From a virus: 64,000 nt of DNA. The notes beneath the pieces were generated by a model, which saw only the letters and a program-made list of their open reading frames with translations, was not told where the DNA came from and made no database searches. Below are positions 56,405 to 64,000 of the stretch, in pieces (position 1 is the first letter of the stretch; every line of letters begins with the position of its first letter). Both the position numbers and the translations under genes were made by a program. The stretch lies in IMG/VR virus record IMGVR_UViG_3300046787_000345, positions 8,757-72,756 of that record, one strand, 5' to 3'.

Positions 56405-58408
56405 TTAAAATAATCTTTCTATTGAAATAAAGTTACTGATGTATGACACACCTATCATCATTGTAATACGATAAAATCTATCATTGGTTTTATCTCTTAA
56501 ATTAACTTGTACCATATCACCATGTGCACCCAAGTTCCAACCAAATGCCGATGCAGATGCAGTTGTAGTATATGAGATATTATTTGTAGAACCTCCACCA
56601 CTGCCACCAGGAACAGTGTACCAGCCACTCAAATCTGCCTCAAAATTTGTAGATACCGCACCGATACTTAATCCTCTACTACCACTTGTTGTGATTGTAC
56701 ATTTGAGATTATCTAATGTTACAAATGTTCCTGCTGCTACCATTCCACTTGCTTTCCATAATAATTCACCTGCATTGCCGGCTGGTGTTTTGCTTAAATC
56801 AACATATACACCTTTTGAGTCTGCACCGGCTTCCCAGAATCTTAATCTATTTTGAAAAACATCAATAATAACTTTATTTGTTAAAGATGTATTTGTTTGA
56901 GGTACTGCTAATTGAATTTCACCACCTTCATCTCCACTACCCGTTCCAACTAATAAACTATTCACATTTAAATTCGTAGAACCACTTACTATTAATGAAC
57001 CTGTAATTTCTACTAATCCATTATTTTGAACATATAAGTTACTACCACTTGTCAAATAAAGTGATGAAGTGTTTGCAGTAAGTTGTGAACCAATAAACGA
57101 ACCTGATGTTACTATTAAAGAACCCGTAATTATTTGTGTTCCGTTAAATGAGTTTGAACCGGTTGTAACAGTCTGTGCAGATGCAGTGAATGAGTTGAAT
57201 GATGCCGTTGTTGTATAACTACCACTTACAAATCCAAATGCACTGATTTGTGCAGAACCACTAATAGTTCCAACAGGAGTTGTTCCACTTACCACACTAC
57301 CACTCAATGTATAACGAGTATCGTATGATGAAGTAAGTTGTGATGAACCACTAATTAAAGTTGGTTTATTTGCAATTGTATCAAAGTTTGTCGAACCAGT
57401 AATACCATCAGTTGCATTGAATGAACCTATAATTCTTGTTGAACCACTTACTTCTAGTCTAAATCCATTATCAACGTAATCCCCCCCATCTTGTATAGTT
57501 ACATTACCATTTGTCCAAAATCTAGCTGATTCAACATTATAAGTTGGCATAACTGAAATATACTTACTACCATCCGTAGTAATTTTTCCAAATGTTGTAC
57601 CTGCTCCAATTAATAAATCCTGAAATGTAAATGAACTTCCTGCGGAATAAATATTTCCATTTATTTGTGCAGATGAACTATAAACACCACTACTTCCCAA
57701 TACTTGCTCCGAAGAACTTATTGCTCCACTTAATGATGTCAAAAACGAACCCGTTTGACTTTCAGTAATCCAACTACCACTTACACTTTCAATTACATTT
57801 AATCTATCAACTAAACTTGCAGTTGAAATACTTGCAGTAAAATTATTTAAAGATGTTAAATCCGTAGATTGTGAAACTATACCAGATGGTTTGTTTGCTA
57901 TATTATCCCATGTTGTTTGAGTAATACTACCACTAATTACATATCTTTCATCATAAGAAGATGTTAATTGTGAAGAACCACTAATTGTTCCATTCAACGA
58001 TGTTAAATAAGAACCTGTATGACTTTCTAAATTATCTAATCTATCTACTAAACTTGCAGTTGAAATGCTTGCAGTATATTCATTGAAAGATGATGTAGTA
58101 ACTAAACCTGTATTTTGGGAAACTATACCGATTGTTGCTGCTACTGAACTACTTACAATCGAAACTTGTAAATCTGTTGCAAACGTAGAATCCAATGATG
58201 AACTCCAACTTTCTAATATATCGACTCTGCTATCGATACTTTCGGTAAATATATTTAGGGCACTAATATTAGGTTGAGACCCTGTGATTGCAGAACTTAA
58301 ATCAGCATAAGTAATCTTTTTAGTTTCGTTATTATTTACGATTACTAAAATGTCACTTCCACTTGGTGATGTATGTGAGTTAAGTTGGGAAATTCTTTTA
58401 TCCGCCAT
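56405..58408 (-). CDS. Tail-fibre-like Ser/Gly/Thr-rich repeat protein
   Basis: Many SGS/TGS motifs; internal repeats TASISTASLVDRL x2, ISGSSQLTSSYD x2, D.IANKP x2. Confidence 0.7.
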   Translation of the reverse strand: MADKRISQLNSHTSPSGSDILVIVNNNETKKITYADLSSAITGSQPNISALNIFTESIDSRVDILESWSSSLDSTFATDLQVSIVSSSVAATIGIVSQNTGLVTTSSFNEYTASISTASLVDRLDNLESHTGSYLTSLNGTISGSSQLTSSYDERYVISGSITQTTWDNIANKPSGIVSQSTDLTSLNNFTASISTASLVDRLNVIESVSGSWITESQTGSFLTSLSGAISSSEQVLGSSGVYSSSAQINGNIYSAGSSFTFQDLLIGAGTTFGKITTDGSKYISVMPTYNVESARFWTNGNVTIQDGGDYVDNGFRLEVSGSTRIIGSFNATDGITGSTNFDTIANKPTLISGSSQLTSSYDTRYTLSGSVVSGTTPVGTISGSAQISAFGFVSGSYTTTASFNSFTASAQTVTTGSNSFNGTQIITGSLIVTSGSFIGSQLTANTSSLYLTSGSNLYVQNNGLVEITGSLIVSGSTNLNVNSLLVGTGSGDEGGEIQLAVPQTNTSLTNKVIIDVFQNRLRFWEAGADSKGVYVDLSKTPAGNAGELLWKASGMVAAGTFVTLDNLKCTITTSGSRGLSIGAVSTNFEADLSGWYTVPGGSGGGSTNNISYTTTASASAFGWNLGAHGDMVQVNLRDKTNDRFYRITMMIGVSYISNFISIERLF

Positions 58409-58425
58409 AATATTATCCTTCGAAA

Positions 58426-59067
58426 TTATTTAAATTTCAATCCTGTTAATTTTTCAATATCCGAAACTAATACTTTGTTATTGTTTATTCCATCTGGTTT
58501 AGATAAATCATTCTGAAATAAATACGCGAACCATTCTTTTGTTTTTACTATATAAACCACTTTCCAACATTGTGTCGGAACTGCAACTTTATTTACACCT
58601 ATTGTTTTAGCAACTCCAATATTTCCAGCCCAGATATGAACTGAATCTTGTTTCACTGCCCATTCTCTTGTTAGAGTTTCTAATGATTTCCAATCACCTG
58701 CATTTAATCTATGATATTGTGCAGCCATATTAGAATAATAGAAACATTCATCTTGTACCGCTTGGGTTTGACATTGATTTGATTTTGCAGGCATTAAATG
58801 ACCTCTATCCGTTCCACTATTTACATAATCTGCACCAATATTTGTTTCTTTTGGTAATAAAGGGTCGGGCTTGAAATTATCTTTACGTGGTAACGGATTT
58901 GGACAACCAACTTTTGCTTTGGTTTCCCACCATTCTACTAATACCGGGTATTTTTTTGATTTTGAAAAGTGTGATGTGTAATTTGTATGTTTTAGAACTA
59001 CCACATCTTGTGCCTTAAGACCTAAGGCGAAACATAACACTAAAATTAGTGTAAAAAATTTTTTCAT
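58426..59067 (-). CDS. Secreted DNA/RNA non-specific endonuclease (NucA/EndoG family)
   Basis: Signal peptide; DRGHL; F.YSNM.Q...LN...W..LE; VP...WK. Confidence 0.92.
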   Translation of the reverse strand: MKKFFTLILVLCFALGLKAQDVVVLKHTNYTSHFSKSKKYPVLVEWWETKAKVGCPNPLPRKDNFKPDPLLPKETNIGADYVNSGTDRGHLMPAKSNQCQTQAVQDECFYYSNMAAQYHRLNAGDWKSLETLTREWAVKQDSVHIWAGNIGVAKTIGVNKVAVPTQCWKVVYIVKTKEWFAYLFQNDLSKPDGINNNKVLVSDIEKLTGLKFK

Positions 59068-59090
59068 ATACTAAATCCTCTCGTTTAGTA

Positions 59091-59099
59091 TATAAATAT
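59091..59099 (-). promoter_or_regulatory. Class-2 promoter motif ATATTTATA
   Basis: 23 nt upstream of ATG at 59067. Confidence 0.55.
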
Positions 59100-60376
59100 T
59101 AAATTTTTGAGTAATCCATACCCCAACTTGCCTTAATTGGGAATCCAAAACTTTCGAGCACGGATTTAATCTCCTTTGCCCTCTCCATATCCCAGCTCAA
59201 ATTGTATTCAAATAAGAATGAATCATATGTGTAAAGAATCGGCAACTCCATCCCACTTACCTTCAACTTTTTCAGAACTTCCATATTGAACTCTGTTTCT
59301 GTCGCTTGTAATAGATAGTTGAATACCTTTTGGGGATTCTCACCTTCAATCCACGTTAGAGGTATCTTCCTTCCTTTTGGGGTTAGGATATATCCTCTTT
59401 GTTGGGATTCGGTATAGACCCGTTGGATGAACTTATCAACCTCATTGAAGAATGGTATCTCCTTATCTTCATCACTCACACCACCATAAAGGATTCGGAA
59501 TGTTCTTCCTTTGGATTCATCATAAGGACATCCGTATTGGTCTGCTAACCATTGGTGAACGGAACTCTTTGGCAAATCATACCCAATCAACTTACCGATA
59601 ATACGAACGTGGTATGCATCATAATCGAATTGTAAGAACATTGTGTTTTCTCGAGGAATGAAAACTTCTCTCGAACCATCCTTTTTGTTAAGTGCACCAA
59701 AATTGATACCACCATGACGATTGGAGGGACGTGATGTAAGGGTATATGGGTTATACTCTGTCCAAATAATATCGTTGTGTAGGTGTTTGCCGTTAGATGA
59801 CCATCTATCAATAAATTTTTCGTAGTCGACGTGGAGTCCCTTTCGTTCGATATCTGAAAGGATAGGAATCATCGTATCATCAATCCAATCAATTTTACCA
59901 TTATTTGAGAAAAGTGGTAAAAGTGAGTATTTGTCAATAATACCACTTAATACCTCAATCCACTTCATTATAGGGATTGATTTACCTAAGTTATCACGTA
60001 ATCCCAAACGAGTATAAAAGTTCGTTATGGGTTCGATATGGGTGTTTAAATCAATTAGGTTATTATGTATAAAGAATGAATAAGATTGGATATCGCGGGT
60101 TTCTTGTAATCCCAAATTTGTTTGTAAAATACCTTTCTTGTTCCATACCCATTTTGATTGTGTAGATTGTGATAAATCAATTTCGATATTTTTACAATCG
60201 TTATGGTCAAATGGTATAATATAATCACCATCATCAAATCTTACATATAAGAATGATAAATGAGTATTCATTGGATGACATTCCAAATCAGCCCAAATAG
60301 GAATGACTATTGAGGGTTTTGTTCCCCAATAGTCCATAAAACCATTTATCTCTTTTTGAGATTCTACTATAACCAT
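59099..60376 (-). CDS. Compact family A DNA polymerase-like protein
   Basis: T.TSRPS; motif A FDYDAYHVR; motif B K..TF.ILYG; NYLLQATE; motif C LYTYDSF. Confidence 0.8.
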   Translation of the reverse strand: MVIVESQKEINGFMDYWGTKPSIVIPIWADLECHPMNTHLSFLYVRFDDGDYIIPFDHNDCKNIEIDLSQSTQSKWVWNKKGILQTNLGLQETRDIQSYSFFIHNNLIDLNTHIEPITNFYTRLGLRDNLGKSIPIMKWIEVLSGIIDKYSLLPLFSNNGKIDWIDDTMIPILSDIERKGLHVDYEKFIDRWSSNGKHLHNDIIWTEYNPYTLTSRPSNRHGGINFGALNKKDGSREVFIPRENTMFLQFDYDAYHVRIIGKLIGYDLPKSSVHQWLADQYGCPYDESKGRTFRILYGGVSDEDKEIPFFNEVDKFIQRVYTESQQRGYILTPKGRKIPLTWIEGENPQKVFNYLLQATETEFNMEVLKKLKVSGMELPILYTYDSFLFEYNLSWDMERAKEIKSVLESFGFPIKASWGMDYSKI

Positions 60377-60380
60377 TCTA

Positions 60381-60412
60381 CAAAGATACGAATTATTTTT
60401 GATATTACCAAA
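60381..60412 (-). promoter_or_regulatory. Bacteroidota-type sigma promoter (probably yields a leaderless mRNA)
   Basis: TTTG-N20-TATCTTTG ending 4 nt before ATG 60376. Confidence 0.75.
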
Positions 60413-60421
60413 TGTTGGTAA

Positions 60422-60802
60422 TTAGAAACTACCAGAAGTGATATTAGATTTGATATTTTCTAATAACTCTACTTCATTTTGAAATACAGTTTCTTCAAAC
60501 TCATTTCTATCAGCTTCGATGAACATATTTACCATTTCAACTAATTTCTTTTGATATTCCGAATTGACAGTATTGGTTAAGGTGAATTTGTGATTGGTAA
60601 TCGATACACTAAAATCTTCTACTTTAGCCCAATATGATAATCGTTTGTTCACCATAAAGTATCTACCAGTAAGTGGTGCAATTTTCAAATCAGTATCCTT
60701 TTGTTCACATAACATTTTAATAACATCATATGTGAGGGTTTCCTTCTCATTCATTTTGTAAGGAGGAAATATTTTTTCTTTAAATGTTTTAAATAGTTTC
60801 AT
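60422..60802 (-). CDS. Hypothetical protein
   Basis: 126-aa ORF. Confidence 0.6.
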   Translation of the reverse strand: MKLFKTFKEKIFPPYKMNEKETLTYDVIKMLCEQKDTDLKIAPLTGRYFMVNKRLSYWAKVEDFSVSITNHKFTLTNTVNSEYQKKLVEMVNMFIEADRNEFEETVFQNEVELLENIKSNITSGSF

Positions 60803-60947
60803 CTTCTTTATCGTTTATTACTAAATATTTATAACCTTTTTCATTTTCTTTTATTGTACCTGAATCAATTAATTGTTGTACTTCCATTACAGCATCTTCA
60901 CCTTTTTCCATTGCTAGGTGGTACATCAATCCAAGTGTTTGTTCCAT
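60789..60947 (-). CDS. Hypothetical 52-aa protein (not in the ORF track)
   Basis: MEQTLGLMYHLAMEKGEDAVMEVQQLIDSGTIKENEKGYKYLVINDKEDETI fills the gap between two genes. Confidence 0.5.
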   Translation of the reverse strand: MEQTLGLMYHLAMEKGEDAVMEVQQLIDSGTIKENEKGYKYLVINDKEDETI

Positions 60948-60952
60948 ATAAA

Positions 60953-61432
60953 TTACCATATTTCAAATCCTCCACAATTTCGTAAAAATTCTATAAATTG
61001 TTTGATTCTAGCAACCGATGTAGAGTGTGCAGATTCTACTAATTGTCCTGATTCGGTTATGATTGGGGTATAGTGAATAGTTCCATATTCATATTGTTGA
61101 TTTAAACTCATGTCAACCTCACTACTAATCATCTTACCAGTTCCTGCTTCACACCAACTTCCTAAACATAGATACACTCTATCATCATCTTGTTTAGCAT
61201 CGATTTCATTACCTAACAATTCTTCTAATGCATCAGCAAGATTGTTACACTCTTCTTCATTCTCCAATCCCTTACCATCATTAGAACCCCAATAATCAGT
61301 ATTGTAATTTAATTTAGAATCGTAGATTGCCATTTGACAAAGATGGTTGATAGGTCTCCATCCCCACCAATTAGAACCGAAATAATCGCCTGTTTCACTT
61401 ATTGGGTTTTTACCCGAAATATCTACTCCCAT
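60953..61432 (-). CDS. Hypothetical phage protein
   Basis: MGVD...YF..NWWGWRP...FL..CGGFEIW. Confidence 0.65.
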   Translation of the reverse strand: MGVDISGKNPISETGDYFGSNWWGWRPINHLCQMAIYDSKLNYNTDYWGSNDGKGLENEEECNNLADALEELLGNEIDAKQDDDRVYLCLGSWCEAGTGKMISSEVDMSLNQQYEYGTIHYTPIITESGQLVESAHSTSVARIKQFIEFLRNCGGFEIW

Positions 61433-61680
61433 TATTGTATGATTTTATTGGTGATTCGTAAAATTGTTGCTTCATCTTCATTGGATAATCTCCAAGCATT
61501 ACCGATAAGTTTACTAACTTCTCTATCAAATTGACCAGTTGGTAAATCATCAGGATGAACTCCACCCATTTGTTCCGGTACGAATCCATCATCATATAGT
61601 GAATTTACCAATTCTTGCTTATCATAATCGGACATTCCCCATATGATATCGTTAATACTTACATCAATTGAAATACTCAT
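61432..61680 (-). CDS. Hypothetical protein
   Basis: 82-aa ORF coupled to the downstream gene. Confidence 0.6.
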   Translation of the reverse strand: MSISIDVSINDIIWGMSDYDKQELVNSLYDDGFVPEQMGGVHPDDLPTGQFDREVSKLIGNAWRLSNEDEATILRITNKIIQ

Positions 61681-61685
61681 AATTT

Positions 61686-62039
61686 TTAGTTTTTAGTTTT
61701 TAATTCTTTTATATGTTTACAATCTCGTCCTCTACTAAATCCATATGCCGGACATGAACAACTCCATCTACCACCACTATTAATTACTTCATAAATCTTA
61801 CCTTTACTACCCTCTACTGAAAATGTTTGTTTTTCTACTTTTTTTGGTAGTGATACTACTACTTCTTCGGTTTTTTTAAACTTAGTAATAGTTTTTGTCC
61901 ACATTTTTTCTAATTCAGACCAACTATATTTTCTGTCTACTTTAACCCAACCTAATTTAGGGTCGGTTGTTACGATATACCATTGACCAGATATTACCGA
62001 TTGAAAAGCTACAGGTGGTAAAAGTGATTCTATTCTCAT
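61686..62039 (-). CDS. SWIM zinc-finger protein
   Basis: GS.G..Y.V....WSCSCP......CKHI. Confidence 0.8.
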   Translation of the reverse strand: MRIESLLPPVAFQSVISGQWYIVTTDPKLGWVKVDRKYSWSELEKMWTKTITKFKKTEEVVVSLPKKVEKQTFSVEGSKGKIYEVINSGGRWSCSCPAYGFSRGRDCKHIKELKTKN

Positions 62040-62041
62040 AA

Positions 62042-62413
62042 TTATACCATTGGAAATCCAGTTACTGAATTTGTTGTTGAACGAAAGGGTTTTGATGTCT
62101 GAGCAAATCTACCATAACTTTGAACCATTTGTGAAGGTGAACCGATGGTATCCCAAGCAGATTCCCACTTATCGGGTATCTTACCATCTTTGAGTACCAA
62201 TAACCCAATTGCGTTAAAATACTCCTCGATATCACTATATTTTATCTTAAAGAAGGTATTTACCCTATTAGGTTTATCAACGTGAATAAAGAGAACTGAG
62301 CGGGGTTTAACCTTACATATTTTAAGGTTACGGGTCTTAACCTTTCCGTTAAGTGAAACTGTCACATCTAAGAATGAACCTGCCGGTAGATTATCAAAAA
62401 TTGAAGAATTCAT
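62042..62413 (-). CDS. Hypothetical early protein
   Basis: 123-aa ORF downstream of a promoter cassette. Confidence 0.6.
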   Translation of the reverse strand: MNSSIFDNLPAGSFLDVTVSLNGKVKTRNLKICKVKPRSVLFIHVDKPNRVNTFFKIKYSDIEEYFNAIGLLVLKDGKIPDKWESAWDTIGSPSQMVQSYGRFAQTSKPFRSTTNSVTGFPMV

Positions 62414-62444
62414 ATCGTTTATAGTTTAATCATTAATTATACAG

Positions 62445-62476
62445 CTAATATAGGAAATATTTTTCACATTTCCAAA
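62445..62476 (-). promoter_or_regulatory. Early promoter, TTAG variant
   Basis: TTTG-N20-TATATTAG. Confidence 0.7.
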
Positions 62477-62478
62477 TT

Positions 62479-62691
62479 TTATCGGTACAAAGTTACAAAA
62501 TCTCCGAAATAATTATCAAAGGTCTGAACCAGATGTTCGTAATCACCTTCTTTCATTTTTCCACAAACTTCTTCCGAATTTAATCCTAATTGTCTAGCCA
62601 AATTCATTGCAGTTCCCAATAGGAAAAAAGCGTTACCTTGTGGGCCAGTTAAATCAATTTCAATACCTGTGTTTTTCTTATTCTTTATCAT
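62479..62691 (-). CDS. Conserved-looking small phage protein
   Basis: IDLTGPQGNAFFLLG...GDYEHL. Confidence 0.65.
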   Translation of the reverse strand: MIKNKKNTGIEIDLTGPQGNAFFLLGTAMNLARQLGLNSEEVCGKMKEGDYEHLVQTFDNYFGDFVTLYR

Positions 62692-62693
62692 CG

Positions 62694-63104
62694 TTATCCT
62701 CTATAATTTGATTGATATAATTTATGAACTTTGTTACCATTTGTATCTTTGGTTACATATGATTTCATACCTGATGATGTATTCATATAAAACCATCCCC
62801 AATCTTCGTTTGAATAGAATCGTTCGTAATTAGGACCTTTTTGTAAAATCTTCGTTACGGGATTGTACATCAACACACCGATTTCTTTTAAGGTTTTATA
62901 TACACACGAGTAGTAACCAGGAGAAATTTCTCCCATATCTCTTACAATAGTAGACCATTTTGGATTACTTACTAATTCCATTACTCTATTCATTGGTTCA
63001 TAAATACGAAGTAAATATCGTTTATTCACTTCACTCCAATACGTGGTTTCTAACTTTTCCGAAAACAACTCATCGTGTTTTAATTCTAATAGATTCTTAT
63101 TCAT
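62694..63104 (-). CDS. Hypothetical early protein
   Basis: 136-aa ORF. Confidence 0.6.
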   Translation of the reverse strand: MNKNLLELKHDELFSEKLETTYWSEVNKRYLLRIYEPMNRVMELVSNPKWSTIVRDMGEISPGYYSCVYKTLKEIGVLMYNPVTKILQKGPNYERFYSNEDWGWFYMNTSSGMKSYVTKDTNGNKVHKLYQSNYRG

Positions 63105-63146
63105 ATTTTATATTTTAAGTGTTTATTATCTCTCAATCTTATAAAG

Positions 63147-63178
63147 CTAATCTACACTTTTTTTTTCAATTTTCCAAA
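63147..63178 (-). promoter_or_regulatory. Early promoter, TTAG variant
   Basis: TTTG-N20-TAGATTAG. Confidence 0.7.
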
Positions 63179-63214
63179 TATTTTACCACTTTTTTTTCAA
63201 TTATTTTTGGCCAT

Positions 63215-63242
63215 AAAAAAACTCGTTGGTTATCAACGAGTT
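63215..63242 (-). terminator. Intrinsic terminator
   Basis: AACTCGTTG/CAACGAGTT stem plus T-tract. Confidence 0.75.
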
Positions 63243-63260
63243 ATATATTATATTTAAATG

Positions 63261-63503
63261 TTACCAACACAACATATTACCTGCTTTATCCCAACTTCTA
63301 GCACCACTTTCGGTTGCTTTGTGAAGTGTTTTATAATCCACATCTAAATTGGAATTACCGAACTGGCGTTTAAGTTCTACTTTGAACTCTTTAAGGTTCT
63401 TAGCCCAAATATCATTGAACCCACCACTTACCCAATTAAATTGATAACGATATTGACCGTTAGAATTCTTTAACAATTTCTCATACTTTGCTCTATGTAC
63501 CAT
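63261..63503 (-). CDS. Hypothetical early protein
   Basis: 80-aa ORF. Confidence 0.6.
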   Translation of the reverse strand: MVHRAKYEKLLKNSNGQYRYQFNWVSGGFNDIWAKNLKEFKVELKRQFGNSNLDVDYKTLHKATESGARSWDKAGNMLCW

Positions 63504-63539
63504 AATTTTATGTTTTAATGTTTATCTCTTATTACTCAG

Positions 63540-63571
63540 CTAATCTACAACTATTTTTCCATATTTCCAAA
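63540..63571 (-). promoter_or_regulatory. Early promoter, TTAG variant
   Basis: TTTG-N20-TAGATTAG. Confidence 0.7.
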
Positions 63572-63589
63572 TTTTTTGTGGATTATTTT

Positions 63590-63949
63590 TTATAATCCTT
63601 GTTCTCTACGCAACATCATTTCGTGATATTCTACTTCTGAATACTCCACCACTTTTAAATAAGGGTCAAACTTTGTTTCATAGTAACCTCTAAGGTTAGC
63701 AATATCAATCATAGTATCGATGAATGATTTACGAACATAAGTCATATCAGATGAACCAAACCCCTGGTCTTCCGGCCAATCAGAATAATCTTCGGCAACT
63801 TCATTTAGAGCATCGAATACTGCTTCAGAGTAAGTGATTACTCTTTTAGTAAAACGACCTTCAACTGGAAACGAATTTTTAACAACATCAAATCCTTCGA
63901 TTAACGAAGCAGAAGCAAGAACGGAATTAAGATTAAATGGTAAGCTCAT
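63590..63949 (-). CDS. Hypothetical early protein
   Basis: 119-aa ORF. Confidence 0.6.
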   Translation of the reverse strand: MSLPFNLNSVLASASLIEGFDVVKNSFPVEGRFTKRVITYSEAVFDALNEVAEDYSDWPEDQGFGSSDMTYVRKSFIDTMIDIANLRGYYETKFDPYLKVVEYSEVEYHEMMLRREQGL

Positions 63950-63987
63950 AATTTTTATATTTTAATTGTTTATCTCTTATTACAAAG

Positions 63988-63995
63988 CTAACATA
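63988..63995 (-). promoter_or_regulatory. -7 element of an early promoter (truncated by the window edge)
   Basis: TATGTTAG in the same leader context as 63147 and 63540. Confidence 0.55.
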
Positions 63996-64000
63996 CGAAG

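Overview
AT-rich 64 kb segment of a large (jumbo-type) tailed dsDNA phage genome. Every credible gene lies on the minus strand, with standard genetic code (TAA, TAG and TGA all used as stops). The host is very probably a member of Bacteroidota: 14 complete intergenic promoters match the TTTG-N20-TAnnTT(T/A)G (-33/-7) housekeeping consensus, and the window encodes Bacteroidota-style lipoproteins, T9SS-CTD-like domains, an Hc1-like protein and a TonB-dependent receptor. In transcription order (right to left): small early genes in repeated promoter cassettes (60.4-64 kb); a compact family-A polymerase; a secreted nuclease and tail-fibre-like proteins (54.8-59 kb); T4-like recombination/replication genes (SSB, RecA, 5'-3' exonuclease, helicase, RNR, thioredoxin, PolB, clamp, clamp loader); a four-gene candidate DNA base-hypermodification operon (amino-MTase, divergent cytosine-type thymidylate-synthase homolog, AsnB-like amidotransferase, PLP enzyme; 36.8-41.1 kb); a TonB-dependent receptor; GroEL/GroES; a ~10 kb glycosylation island; and a ~10 kb cluster of exported envelope proteins (CsgG-like, dockerin+cohesin, C-type lectin, lipidated T9SS-CTD-like proteins, beta-barrels). 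The best candidates for undescribed systems are the base-modification operon and the phage-encoded cell-surface cluster. There are also signs of a second promoter class linked to Shine-Dalgarno use, and an apparent ATT start codon for PolB. All functional calls come from manual motif recognition; no database searches were run.
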